Below are positions 1 through 14,300 of a DNA stretch of 64,000 nt, piece after piece. The number at the start of each line of letters is the position of its first letter. The stretch's first letter is position 1. This DNA comes from Raillietiella orientalis (Eukaryota). The DNA is taken from NCBI GenBank assembly GCA_036172245.1, contig JAYWIR010000064.1, positions 372,001-436,000 on the forward strand, written 5' to 3'. A program made the position numbers and the translations under genes. Under the pieces are notes generated by a model, which saw only the letters and a list, made by a program, of their open reading frames with translations, had not been told where the DNA came from and did not search any database.

Positions 1-887
1 CCCTGAATCACTACTCAAACTATTTCAACGGTTTCAATCCTCCATTGCACGTGTATTAAAAAGTGTGCTGATTCTGTTTACATTTCGATTACGTTCGTTA
101 ATAAGTTCTTAAAAATTACTGTATCTGCTTGAATAAAGGAGTTTTATCGAAAACTAATCATGGATTTCACCCCACCAAAGGATGATTAAGGTGCCGGAAA
201 ATTACTAAATAATTAACTAAAACAGTCGAACGGCATGTGCGAACATACTGTACAATCTCTTCGCTCTCATTTTTGAAAGTGAGCACGAAAAAACGGAAGA
301 CAACGCATAGCTTTTTTGAACTTCCACAATACCCAACTCCACGGTAAACTTTCGATCTCTCCCCCCAAAGGGCAAATGCCCGGGGTTCCTATTTCCCATT
401 TCGAACTTAAAACTAAACAGCAAGCTACTTAAAATCGAATTGCTTATCGATGTCAATTAAAAAGGGACCGCTCTAACGCACTTAATTCGCTTTGAAGATG
501 AAAAGAGTTTTTTCGCCAACAAAATCTTTTCTTCGGTCTTTAACGAACTGTTAAAGATATAACATACGATTCCATTGTGGTCGCTAATTACAAAGCCATT
601 ACGAAAAAATCACACTTAACAAACTAATTTAATTCTATTACATGGAATGATACTGACAACTGAGAAACATTTTTTTGAATAGTAGCGACACTCTCTATTT
701 ACATAATAATTGCGTGCGATCTGACGCTTCATTTAACACATGCATGATGATCAACGGCACCACTGGAAACCAATTACCGATTTTTCCCTTTTCTTCCTAA
801 TTCGATATTCCTAACGGTTCTTATCTCGCATTGAAAGAACAGATTACTTGAAATTTTGATAGACGCTTCTCGACGCTACCTTCTTAA

Positions 888-1337
888 CCCTTTGGGTGCT
901 GTGGACGCAAACATGGGTTCGGCGAAACTTAGCGACGTGTACTATGGGCTCTTCTATGCGTTTGGCCAAATGCTTTGACCTTGCCCTCGAGACACGAGCG
1001 GACACGATTCGTGCTTGAGGTGGACACATACACTCGCGTTCTCGTAATTCCTTCAGCAACGATGGTAAACAGAATTCCAGTTATACCGGCTGACTGCTCT
1101 CGCTTTTTTCAGAGAGTCACTTCTCTGGAAGAAAAAAAAAAAAGAGAATGCAAATATTTTAAATTAAAATATTTGCATTCTCGTGGTGTAAATGAAACAA
1201 TTACAATCAGCACTTTATGCAGCCGATGGGTACCCCCCGATAAGGGCACGCGAGGAAGCGTTCCGCGTCCACAGGGATCTCCACTGCGTGCCGCCAACAC
1301 GGAACGTTCAAATGTGGTGAGCTCCGCACCTAAAGGG
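888..1337. mobile_element. Non-autonomous piggyBac-type MITE (~450 bp)
   Basis: TTAA at 884-887 and 1338-1341 (target-site duplication). Terminal inverted repeats are CCCTTTGGGTGC (888-899) and GCACCTAAAGGG (1326-1337; reverse complement CCCTTTAGGTGC), an 11/12 match. TTAA plus CCCT...AGGG ends are the piggyBac signature. No transposase ORF inside. Confidence 0.65.
1144..1182. repeat. Perfect 19-bp inverted repeat with 1-nt spacer
   Basis: GAGAATGCAAATATTTTAA-A-TTAAAATATTTGCATTCTC. It also explains the mirror peptides RECKYF(K/N)LKYLHS in the ORFs on both strands. Confidence 0.95.
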
Positions 1338-2649
1338 TTAATAAGCTCTTCCTAATCATATGGTATTTTCTTTCTGCTTCATGTATATTTCTGCTTCACG
1401 TAATGAATGTATAATTAAAGACTGCTGCTTCAAGAATTTTATCAGCACTCGTACAATCTTCACTAATCGATGAAAGATAGCCTTCTCTAGTAATGTTCAC
1501 GTTAGGCGTGGTTTTTAAACGCCTTGAGCTTTCAAGACCGGGATCTCTACAACAGCTATTGTGTTGATAGAGTACGCTGATCGCATCTACGACTGAAAGA
1601 TGTAGAACCCAGTCCAAAGTTTTCTGTCTCAATTATTACTTCCGCTACTAAGCAAAAACTTAGACCTGTGATTTAGCGAATTCGTGTGTTTGTGCGAATA
1701 GGACGATCGTAAAATTTTACGTTCTTTCCCTATATTTCACTTTTTAAGTGTTCTTCAAATTCAATTTATTTTTTTTCCCCTTCCTCATATGATGATATTT
1801 CCTGCTGATTGCCATTGGCCTCTTACTGAAATTCTCTTTTTGCACCAGCAGCAAATTAAACGATATTCAGCAGATATGGCAACATTGATGATTAAGTTTA
1901 TGAAAACGTCATTTGACGGAAGAATTGCCGCAAGAAAGCAAAAAGGTACACGGTAAGGTACACGCAAAAGGTACACGTATGGCTACAAAAAAAGGAAAGT
2001 AATTAGCTCCTATAGGAAGATTCCTATGCTTTGATATATTTTCAAGAGCCACATCTCTTGCATTTAATCAGTTTTTCAATTCAATTCATTTAATTACTAT
2101 CGAATATAAGTCATTTAATTAGTGGCTTATATCCGATAGTAATGATATGAGTCTTTCCTCGGACATATTTAGGAGGAAAACGCAAGACGTTTCCAAGGGA
2201 AACGCGAGATGAAACTTCACTATGGAATTCAAACATCGGTTCGAGCCAGGAACAAATTTGTTTTTGCTGCAGGGGCAAATTTCAGTACAAAACCGAAAAC
2301 GCAGCTAAGTACCAACTTAATCACGATTGCATGAAGCATGCAATCATAACAAAACACCACACACCGTTTTAAAAAAAATAAATTTCCAGTACAATTATTA
2401 AATTTGATCAACATGGGGAAACCAGTTGTGAGGAGGAAAAAATTGAAATGCTCATCAAATTTATTTTTCAAAAGAGTAAAAGAAAAAACTCACGGATATC
2501 GAAGAAGTTCTTAAATAATTTACCTTTATGTGCTCCAAGGTTAGTGGCTTTCATGATTTTGATCAGAAGTTTTTTTTCGGAACCGAAATGTGCCTTAGTT
2601 GACTACAAAATAAGTTGTTGTTTTAGTAGCAACTCAACATTTCGCTTAC

Positions 2650-5600
2650 GGTATTTTCAACCGCTGAATGAAAATCAACAGAAGAATGTTCTCGAATCAA
2701 GGGAGGAAATCCACAGAACTTATTGAAATTCAAATCGAGAATCATATTTCTCAAGCAAGATGACATGATTTCAGAAAGCAATTCTCTAAGACTGGTATCA
2801 TCGGATTTATCTGCTTGTCGGTTCACGTGATCCAGCTTTATAGATACCTACAAGCACATGGAAAAGGAATTCAATACAAATGATAGAAATAAACACATGA
2901 TGATCAGTGCATTGGAAAACTAGAGACACCATATTGTACCGGGAGCATTTTCTATTTTTCAAGTGCCACATGCTTACTGGAAAATGCTTTTTGAATCCTT
3001 TTTTCCAACAAGTCTTACACGAAAGAGAACACGTAAATGGATGTCCAATTGTAAGAACTTTCTCCGCTTACTGGAGACACGACATACATTTTCCGCATAA
3101 ACAACAACAACAACAACAAAAAAAAAAAAAACACCTAAGGCATTATTCCCGAATGACTGAGAAGTTGCAATTTGCAATGAGGCTAAATACACATGAGAAT
3201 GATATGTGACATTCCCGTTGTTGATATGTAACCTTTGTTTCCCTTTGCACATTCTTCTCTTCGACACGGAATCGATGGCAAGTCTTCGATTCGACAAAAA
3301 TTAGTAGAATGGGCAATCATATTTTCCTTAGAGGCAAAATGGTTTACTTACTTATGTGCACTAAGTTATAAACAGTGCACAACTTCCACTTTCTAAAATT
3401 TTGCATTGGCATTTGAAAAAATCATTAAGTGTGTCTCTCTGAATGGATAGTCAAATGTAATATAGAAGATATTAATTTTCAAAAACATTCCACAAACATA
3501 ACAAAATTGAAGAGAACTCTGCCAAAAATATGAAAAATGACCACAAAAGAAAATAATTAACTTAGACGTTGGACCTTGGGAAGGAAAATTCAGCTTTTCA
3601 ATGTGAGAATTCGGGGGAACCGAATGATCAGTTTCGTTGCTGAAGTGCAGAAAAGAGAATAAATAACCTTAAAGAGAATCCTCAAAGAGAATGCATGGAT
3701 TATGGAAAACAGAAAGAGTTTCCAAGGCAAAGAACGAAATGGCTGAGATTCTCACGAAAGTACAGCGAAAAGTTACAATTTTTAAGAAGATGGGAAACGG
3801 AACATGCACAATTTGGAAGAAGTGAAATACAGAAACGTAATAGAATTTTGAATTTTTTAAGTAAAGAAAAGGAATCGGGGAAAGATTGGTATTACGTGAT
3901 CACGTGGATAATTCGAATACGCGTAAGAGCTAAGTTTAAAATTTTGATTCGGAAAGGGAACATTTTGGATGCATTTGGGCTACAATATAACACATCATAA
4001 GTCCTGTGTAGGTAGGTATGTGTATATATCACATACCCTACACAGGACTATACATATATAAATTCCTATAGATATATATATACACACACTGCGAACTCCA
4101 GCAATTCCCTAATCTATATAACAAATAACATTTTTAAAAAATTGCGTAAGCTTTATCCGAAATGACTGAAACTTTTTCCTCACGCATTACCTCCGGCCAT
4201 CCATCAAATTTGGCTACACCCAAGAGTTCTTCTGTGATGAAAGCCAGGTTAAATCTCCCCTTCAATTTTCCGTCAACCAGATACTGTGATTCTTGAGGAT
4301 TCACACCATGGTGCCGGACGACACTGCACAGCAGCTGGCCACGAGCGTCACAATCACAGGTCATTCGCTAGTCACAAGAAGAAAAATCACTGCATCTCTA
4401 AATAAACGTGAATCCTTACAATATACTTGTCCTTACATTCGTTTTATCGCAAAGAGCATTTTAACGCTTCGCATTTCCTTGGAATGGGACGGGAAAAAAG
4501 TTTGTATGAAAACATCGTGATCAAAGGGCGCAAAAGTTTTCAGTTAGATGTCGCAAACGAAACGAATCAGACCAAGTGAACCTGAGGTGGTGGTGGTGAT
4601 TTCCTTCACCTTCCTGAGCGAACATCGAGAAGGGCAAGGAAAGAATGATTTCACTGAAAAATGTAAACATGCAGCAGCTGATCTTCGGAGATGACCAGCT
4701 GAAGCTATCACACCACGATAAACACGACATAATTACAAACAGAATTGTCGGCACTGAGGACGCCTATGGCCTCGGGAAAAACGCTGGCTGCAAACGGCCA
4801 CGGAAGAGAAAACTAAAATGATCACGTAATTGTGAAATACCGAAAATGTGTTTCATGCGGAATCTGTAAATCTGAAGACTTTTTGCTTTAAAGGCACAAA
4901 CCTCAAACCCAGAGCTCCCAAGTGCATTGGTGAAGATCGGTGAGCAAATATTGCAGCCATGTACAGAAAAGAGGTCACACTCAACACCGAATGCGCTACT
5001 CAGCCGGGTTAACAACATTCTAGTACTGCAAATTATCAACTTCGTGGGACTACCGATCCACGGATACTTACTAAGACGAATTCGTTTTCGGGAAACGGGG
5101 ACTGACAGCTACAAAGAAGGAAATTGAAGAAATTTTCACAAAAATGGCACGGATACTCGAGGAAAAAAAAAAGGGGGGGGGGATGCCTTCATTTCATCAC
5201 TCTTGCAGAAACACATAAACAGGAAAGGAAATAAACACCAATAATCACAATGGAAAGTTTTCCATGAAATACCTTGACATCCACCTGAACCACTTTTCTA
5301 CAGTCGTATTGACACGACTCCTGGAAACAAAACCTCATGGAGGAAAAGATAACCATCGAGAAAAAGGAACACCGAGCAGAGAACGCACACGCATACAATG
5401 CAAAAAGTCAGCACCTCATATCAATTCAGGACACGTTCCACTTTTGATGTATTCGATAATGATTTATTTGCCGTAATAATAACGAATAAACGAACACCGG
5501 AATCACTAAAAGAAAAAAAGAAAAGAAATCAATGCTTTTATGATTCAAAGCCATCGAATGAATCCACATTTTACCTAGTAGCACTTCCGAAATTCCATTT

Positions 5601-8600
5601 CATGAATTTAATGTTACAAAACGAAGAGGCACAGTACAAAAGAACTGTGCAATCTAGCCACATGAGCTGAAAAAAACAGTGTACGCAAGGTCGTTCACAT
5701 TAAAGACTAGCTTCGGATTAAACTATAATAAATGCAAATACATGGCTTAAATAATTAAAAACAAGGATCAATACCATGTAGGAAAAAGCAATCTTTTTCG
5801 CTCACTATCCGCTCCAGCCAATCGTAATGACAGATTCGATGACTCTTAAAAGATTCATCTCCTGCTTGGATTTATACTACAGATTGGAGAAACTACTACG
5901 TAATTACAAAATCGCATTGCAGTAACTTTTCATTAATTGATGAATATAAAGGTGCCTACCGACAGCACACCCTTCGAGACTTTAGCAAGCAAAGTGAGCG
6001 GTCGAAACGTACGGATGGATTATCAGAAATGAGCGCGGGAATGTGGAGGACACAAAGGTGGTGCACAAAAAGAAATGGAGAGTTTCAGAAAGGTCGTGGA
6101 AAACATTTCCATACTTACAACATTGTCGTTGGGCTCGTAATTCACGAAAGAATTCCGCAGCAGGGGCACCAAAGGTGCACACTTTTCCGACTGCGTCAGG
6201 CTCACCTCCAAACCGCTCTGCAAAGAGAGAGGAAAGGTGCATTCATCCGTTCGGCTGCACTCCTGTGCAAAAAGGTGATACAACACGCACAAAAATGCAA
6301 TTTTCATACCGTGTATTTTCGTAAGTGAAAATCTTTGGGGGAAAAAATTCGAACCTGCTTATGGTCACGTCATGGATTTCTATTCAATTTGACTTTGCTT
6401 ACCTTCCTTCGCTTTTCGATTTTCTTTTGCCGGTAAAAACTTGACACCCTACACACTCAGAAAAGAATAATCACGTGCACACGTTCATTTTGATGATCAA
6501 TGGAACCAAAAAAAAAAAAAAGCAATGAAATACAGAAAACAAAGAAAATAATTTTCTTCATAATTTACCTCAGTGCTGGATGCTAAAAAGTTGTGAAAAG
6601 CTTGAAGGGAATTTCGAAACAGCGAAGGCAACGAAATGAGTGTAACTGTTGATGTAATTCGTGAAAATGTGATAGGAAGATTTCCTCGTTTCTATAAAAA
6701 TACAAAAGCGCCTATTTGTTACGGGCATTGGGTAAAAAACCAGAGCTGACCAAGCCAAGTCTCGAAGAGACGAAAGCATGGCTCCAGATATGTCACCACG
6801 GATGTTAAGGTTATTAAGAAAAGTTGGACTTTGGAGTGAAGCCACAGTAATAAGAAAATATTCGGCAATGTAATTGACCCGAATTTTTAAAATCATTTAG
6901 GGATGAAAACAAATAGAAACAATAAATTACGGAAACAACACTATTTCTTCAGAACCAATGTATCATTTCTATCACAGAGAGTTGCAATGCATGTTTCAAA
7001 TAAAATTTGATTTCCATATTAATCATGGTGGTTTATATGCAGCCAAACATCAAGAAAGAAAGATATTTTGCACTGAAAGAGAAAAAAAGAATACATGAAA
7101 TGACGTTTTTCCAACGAACGAAAAGCATCGTAATAAAGGATCCCAGCTGCTCCCGAAAAAGGCACGGAAACCTTAAAATAAATAACTCCAAAATTCATTT
7201 TTTTGCGTTTTTTTTTTTTTTTTTTCATTCCAAAACCAAAGCACTGCTGACCACAGCTACTTCAAAACTGATGTCGGCAAAATTGTTTGTAAAGCAAAAC
7301 TTGCAGTCTGATAAGCAAAAAGAGTGCACTTCATATCAAAAAACAAAGAAATAAAAAAAAAATAGCTTCGAGGAAATGCAAAATCGTCTTGAGAAAGACT
7401 TTGATACATAACATAAACAGAAAACAAAAGGGAAAAAGAAAAGCTTCCACGTCTATGACATATGTAGCGGTCTCCTGACGATCCATTCACAAAAACAATT
7501 ACGTCACTAAATGTTTGCGGGACTCGGATCTGGAGCACACCACAGAGACAAGCAATGGGAACAACACGAGCACTGACTGATGACAGTTTCCACGAACGAA
7601 CAACGTGCGAATCGGAAACAACCATTCGACAAGGAATGATAGGAAGAACCAATACAGGGCATCAACATCATGCTGGATGGAAATGTAGCACATGATAAAT
7701 ACAAGAAAACGGACAAAGTTGAAATCTGGGTGGCAGCTTGAATATGTTCAAACGCAGCACCTCAAGCAGCAATTTTAAACAGCTGTTGGTTGAGATTAAA
7801 TGTCCCATTTATTTAATTGGAAACCATCATTACAATCTATACATAGAAAACGTTCATCGAGAATACAGACACTTCGAATGTTAATGATGCTTCTTAGATG
7901 AAAACAATGCTTCAACTACATAGAAAATAACGAAAAACTATTTATCTGAAATTACCTAAAGACCTGAATTTAGGAGCACTTCAGAAAAAAATGCACAAAT
8001 GTGAAACATGTACATGTATGTATGTATATATAATTTACGAATTTCGCATAGCATTGCTGATTTAACACATTGCTGGTACACTTGCTGTCTTGGCTTCTCA
8101 CATTCATTCAAAATGACGTAACTCATACCACCGGAGAGAACACCCATTTAGGATTGGGAAAATCAAGTCAATAACTGCAAGGAAAAATGAACTTTCACTT
8201 CATTTTCATTTCAATTCAAATCCATTTATTACAGAATCCCCTTGAATTTTCACCTTTATGCAACATTTAAAATCCCATAGAATTATTCAAAAAAAAAAAA
8301 AAACGGGCTCGGGACGATTTATTAACCAAACAATAATTTATTGGATGAACTTGGCAGTTCTGTTTTCCTGGTTTCGCACATATTCATTCATGTTTATCGA
8401 CTATGAGAAACGAATCATTTTGCCTTGAATTCACTTCGGATACCACTTTGGAATGCTTGTGAAAAAGGAAAGACTGTTCTGGAAAATGCATTTGATCCTT
8501 TTTGATTTTGCTGTTAGTAGCATAACAACGTATTAACCATGCCAGAAGACATATTTCTCTAAATTCATTTCATTCATGAAATTAATTGAATACTGACTGC

Positions 8601-11316
8601 AGCTGACATTGACTTACTGCTTCTTCAATGAATACAAAAATTTTAGTTAACATGGCATTACACGAATATTACATGCTATTTAAAATGCAGTCTTTGGGAG
8701 GGGAACAAATCCTACCATCCTACAACACAAAATCTTTCCATATCGAATAGATACGGAAAGATGAATTCAAACAATTTAAAAAAAATCTACAAAAGAATCA
8801 TTAAGAACTAATTCCTTCAAATAATTGAATAATAGTCAAATCAACGCTAAACTTTCTCATATCAATCAAACTTCCACGGATAGACGCAGAATTTTATAAT
8901 CGTGGTATAATCAGAATACACCAAAAGTGCGAAATATAATTTTTCCTTTTTTCTCAGATTTTACATAAAATGGCGCAGAAATGGTATATATAAAATATTC
9001 GAATATGACAAAAAATCAAAACCATATTTGCAAATCCCATATATCAAGTATGTACTATTATAAAACTTCACATACGATATAAGTCCGTGAAAAGAACTTC
9101 ATTGGCATTTTTATATGATCTCTGATCTCAAATACTCTAAATGTGAGCGTAATACAAAAATTGCATACAAATTTCATTTTGCATCGCGATGACTCGGAAA
9201 AATTTTTGAGCTGAATATCACTCCTGTCTTGTATTCCTTTTTACAGGTTTCCAGTTTGTATACAAGGCTGTAAGGCGAACTAGGAGATATAAGAATCTTA
9301 AATTCAAGGATAATTATTCAAAGAATAAAGAATGGCACGAAAGCACTTTGTCGAAAAAGAGCAATAAACACTGGCAATACAAAAAAGAGTTCAACCCTAG
9401 AAAAATGATGATGAAAAGAAAAACGGTGCAGAAATCTTTAAAACTGGTACAGGAATAAAACTGTGAAATAAAATTTGATTTGATTTCAAAACAACATAAA
9501 AATAAACACTTTAGCAACGGTTAAGTATAAATGCAATATACATTTCTTTCCAATTAAATTAGAAATGCTCTAAATAGCAAATGGCGCATGAAAACAAAAC
9601 TCAAGATAATTTTAAACTGTACAAACACAGCAAAATCAGCATAGTTTGCCTCATAATTTGGTGGTCTCTCAAGTGCATCTTTATTTTTGATTTTGAAAGA
9701 ATTTTCATCTTTGTTTTTTTACTGTTTTCTGTGATTTGATAACATGATTACATGTTTTACAAGAATGCAAAGGTTATTTCACATTTGTCTAATCAGTTCA
9801 CAAAAAATGTTTATAGAAAAAAAAAGGCTAAAAAATCTTTAAATGAAACCTTACGGAACCAATATTTTTTGAAAAAATAAGGTTAAAATAACGATTCCTT
9901 TCGTTTTATGAAGATCCTTCCAGGAAATACTTTAATCATGTATACATATTCACGAAATGAGTTAAGTCTTTATACATGTCAAAAAGCCATTTCATTAAAA
10001 TTTTTATTGATCTCACAAAATAATATCAATGAAGTACAACAGATTAATCAGCTGATTACTATTTAGTCACAGAGTTCTTAGAATGCCAGGTATCAGATTT
10101 GAGCACAGTACTGAGGAGGTTCCAAAAATCCTAATTAGCATAGTGTAATTCTTCAAATAAAAGTTGAATCAACATGTTCAATAAAATACATTGTACTTTA
10201 ACTTGCTAAAATTTACTGTTGAAAGCTGATGTTTATAATCAGAATAAAGATGCCAAATAATTTTAATCAAACAAAAAATCTCTTGCAATCTGTCCAAAAT
10301 GATTTTTTGCATACAATGGTGCTAATACTGTAATAGCAGTTACACAATAATAGAGTAACACACAAATAATAAAAAAAATTGCTGTTACCAAAGCAAATTC
10401 ATTTCACAAAGGCAAATAATCAAACTACTCTGAAATTACATGATAGTTAAAGTAATTCTGCTTCTTTTTCTGTCCAAAATTTTGGGCAGAAAACATGATG
10501 AAACAGAGAAAGTTCAAGTTCCTAACTAGAAAACTTTGTCATTTCATTTATTTTGCAAAACATCAATCAGGACAGATCAGAATAAATCAGAACCTGTAAA
10601 CTGTGTTCCGAGATTTAGAAAAACTTAGACTTAGTTTAAAGTTGAAAATATGCCTGATTACTTATGGAATAATACATCCATTACTTAACTTTTAAGATTC
10701 AATTTATTTTCTTCCTTACCTCTGCAGCTAATTTTCGCACTGCGTTATGGAAATTGTTCAACCAACATTGATTAATTTCCTTAACTGCTTCTTTTCCTTT
10801 TTCTGAAAACAGCCACTGGAATACATTGTTGCACCAAGAGTTACATTCATGACTGGGCCCCATTGCCATAGGTGGATCACATATTGGTCTTTGTTTCTCA
10901 TGGTTATAACTTCCTAAATCATATCTGTTCTTGAAACCAAGCTTTCCATCTTCATTTACATGTTTTTCCACATTCAGATTCAGCTGTACAGCTGGGATGA
11001 TACCTTTTTTGACATTCGAATCTGCATGGTCAGAAGTGAGTTTCTCTCCAAATTTGCTTTCATTAATGGGCAATCCATCTATTTTACCAATGGAATTCCG
11101 TTTACTTGGAACTTTTGAGGTTTTGAAGAATGATTGAATTATAATATCAGAAATTACATATATAAGACCACAAAATATCACCCAGGCAATTAAAAAACTT
11201 GTGAGTAAATCCATTACATCACTGGATGAACCTGTTTCCAATATATTTACACAACTTAACAGGTATTTCTTGAGGCTGTTACTAGCAATCCTCAGCTGCA
11301 GAGAGACTGTACTCAT
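2650..11316 (-). CDS. TMEM24/C2CD2(L)-like ER-anchored SMP(-C2) lipid-transfer protein, 5' part (C-terminal exons not found in the window)
   Basis: Phase-0 compatible exons with AG/GT ends: 10720-11316 (ATG at 11316 or 11214; TM segment LLTSFLIAWVIFCGLIYVI; GPSHECNSWCNNVFQWLF), 6119-6217 (SGLEVSLTQ...YEPNDNV), 4191-4367 (RMTCDCDARGQL...AKFDGWPE), 2650-2847 (VSIKLDHV...LRNMILDLNF). Order and motifs resemble the arthropod C2CD2/TMEM24 family (Drosophila CG10737 type), recalled from memory. Confidence 0.65.
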
Positions 11317-14300
11317 ACTTCAGAACATTAGATGAAGCCAAACCTATAAATAGAGTAAAACACAGAAATAGCACTAATGATTCCTGCCGGAACAAGATCC
11401 GGTATCTTACAAGAACCAAGAAAGGAATAAGGAAATAGGATTAATAGAAAGCACAATTTTGGGAAGTTTAACTTAAAGAGGATGCCAATTTGCAATATAC
11501 TTGTACTGAACTCATTACTTTTTATTACTTATCTCCTTGCACCTCAGAGGAGCGGCAAACGTTCGCCAAATAAGTGCTTTCCGACCAACATTCATTTTAG
11601 AAAAACCCATTTTCGAAACGAGCATTTTAGCAGCACGAATTTAAGGAATCATAGAGAATATATCTTATTTTTACTCATCATTTCTGTATAGATTTGCAGA
11701 TGAAATTAAATATTGCTCACCAAGAGCAGGTTACTTATGCTTTTCTTTTATGACTATACTTATTTGTGTATTAATGCAGATTCCTCTACTACTTCCGCTA
11801 ATCATTCACAATTTTTCAATCAAATGCTTACCGCATTACCAAGCACACATTCTTCATCGTATCAATAACAAAGTTCCAAAATATTGCATTATTTCATAAA
11901 ACACATGTTCCTTCATAGGAACAACGAAATCAGATAATTGCAGATGACACTAAAAAAAAAAAAAAAATTTGAAAATCAGTTTGCTGTATTTCGAATCCTA
12001 AGAAAGGCTTTATTCATGTCATTTTTCAGTTTTATTAGCTTATCGATTAGAAACCTACTCCACTAAAATATAAGCACTACTTCCCACAAAAAAAAGCACA
12101 ACAAAAATGACACAATTTAGAATGATAAGATAATCATGCATCAGCAGATGGCTTAAAGCATTTACGGCATGAGTTCACTTGTGAAGATCGCAGTTTGCAA
12201 AAACTAAACAAATTGTAAAAAAAAAAAAAAAGTTTTTTTTTTTTTTTAAAGAATCTTAGAAACTCAAGAATGCATCTCAAAAAGTACACACACTGACTGT
12301 TTCATGCACTTCATTTATCCAAAATTAATTCTTTCCATTGAAAGGCATATGTTCTACGCAGATCAGAGCAAATTTCTCAGCATCGGGCTACTTCTGATGA
12401 TCATCATTTACAGAAAATTCTATTCATTCGGATTTTTAAAAAAATTCAATCGAGTAACATGGTATTTCTTCAAGTACGGATACAAATGTAAGAATTCTAA
12501 GTACCATTTTCTCAAGGGTTCTTAGAGCCCGCAAATGATAAATATTTTTGACTAATCGATTATTCACTCATAGATAATTCACATTACTAATAACTTTCCG
12601 TCTTTTTTTTTTTTCGAACATAAATTTACTGCATCGAACTAACTTTGATGTACTCATCATCTGAGTCAATCAATAGATCCAAAGAATGCAATGTATTCAT
12701 ATTCTTGAACGATGTTAATCCAACGCAACACATTCATTAACTATATTTTTAAAGTTTTAGAATTTGCTTTCGAATCTCATTCTTCAGATTTGCGACTTGA
12801 TTATATTTCGTTTATATGCTTGATTTGTATTAGTACGGTATTATTGAACGCTGATTATAAACGAATATTTTCACATGAGCTGTACAACAGTATTTTGTGT
12901 AGAACCGCAGCCTGGAAAATCTCTTACGTCGTACACTCCATTTAGTGAAATGGATTTGACCTTCATCTGCTTCAAATTTATTTACATACTTATGGATTTT
13001 AACCACGCTTTTATAAATGCATGTAGGATCACTTATTTGCAAATGCTCCGACTGTTTTTTGAATCAATTGAGTCTCCAAATGACAGTCTATGAAATCCGA
13101 GAGCAAAGTTTGTTGCAGTGTTTTTGTAATTTCTAATTCATATTGGCATTCCATGCCCCAAACTAAGTTAAGTATTATTTGGAATTACTGTAGTGATGGA
13201 AGATAAATAAAGAAAATAGATTTGATAATTATTGTTATTATCTGTTGATTTTATAAGCATAACTATATTTCATTCCCTTACTGCATACACTTACTAAATG
13301 TCGATATTTACATTTATATATATGCTGTGAAACGCGTTAGATGTCTCATTTCATATTTGGTGGCGATCTTAATTTCCTAACTAATGATAGACCTACTTGA
13401 CACAAAATCTTAGTGTTTTCGAAAAATTGCCTATCTTGCTTGCAAGTGATACCTAATAACAATTTGGACACGAGTGCATCTATTATAAGAAATTGAAAAA
13501 TATGAATACACAAAATATCTATTAAATGCACAATACAGAAAGTTCGCTCCCCAGAATACACAGAAAATCCCGAATTCATTACCAAAATGTAAGAACCTTA
13601 TTGTCACCCTTGCCGTAGCCCAAAATATTCCACAAGAAATTTGAACATTACCATCCAAATGGGGCACAGTGAGAGCAAAAATACAGGTCTTTGAATTCCT
13701 CTTCTCCTTGTTCCGAGATCCTTTGTCATCCAAGTGCCACACGAAAATTTGAGCTGACTCTAACGTCTTTCTATACCTAACTTTATTATTGGGTAAACCT
13801 GACCCACGTACAAAGTTGCAGAATATTTTATGCTTATGGATTCATACAAAAAGGTTCAATGAAATAGGAAAAATTCAGAAAAAGATCAAAGCTTCAATCT
13901 TCTAAAGGTTCAAGCAAGATAATCCCTGAAAAGGCGAGACTAGAAAAGCAACAGAATGAAGAAACTACGATTTGCTGAAGTTTTTTGGAAACTCCAGATT
14001 TGGGGAAGATCACTTCCAGTCGATTAGTTTGTAGTTTCCCGGTAAAAATATGCTCTAAATGCAAATTGATTTAAATGGGTGTCTTCTGTGATTTGTGGTT
14101 AGTGAAATATAAAAAATTCTTTGTAATCTGTTCATATTGATGATCGGAGAGTAAAAATAAGAATTTTCTTTTTTACAATTGATGGTTGAAATTTGATTTC
14201 ATACTTGAGTGGTAAGTTAAAACAGTAGGTGACTCCGTCTGGATGTGGATTTTTCTACAGACACCGCTGTGAAACATGAGCCCAGATGAAAAAAAAATAC

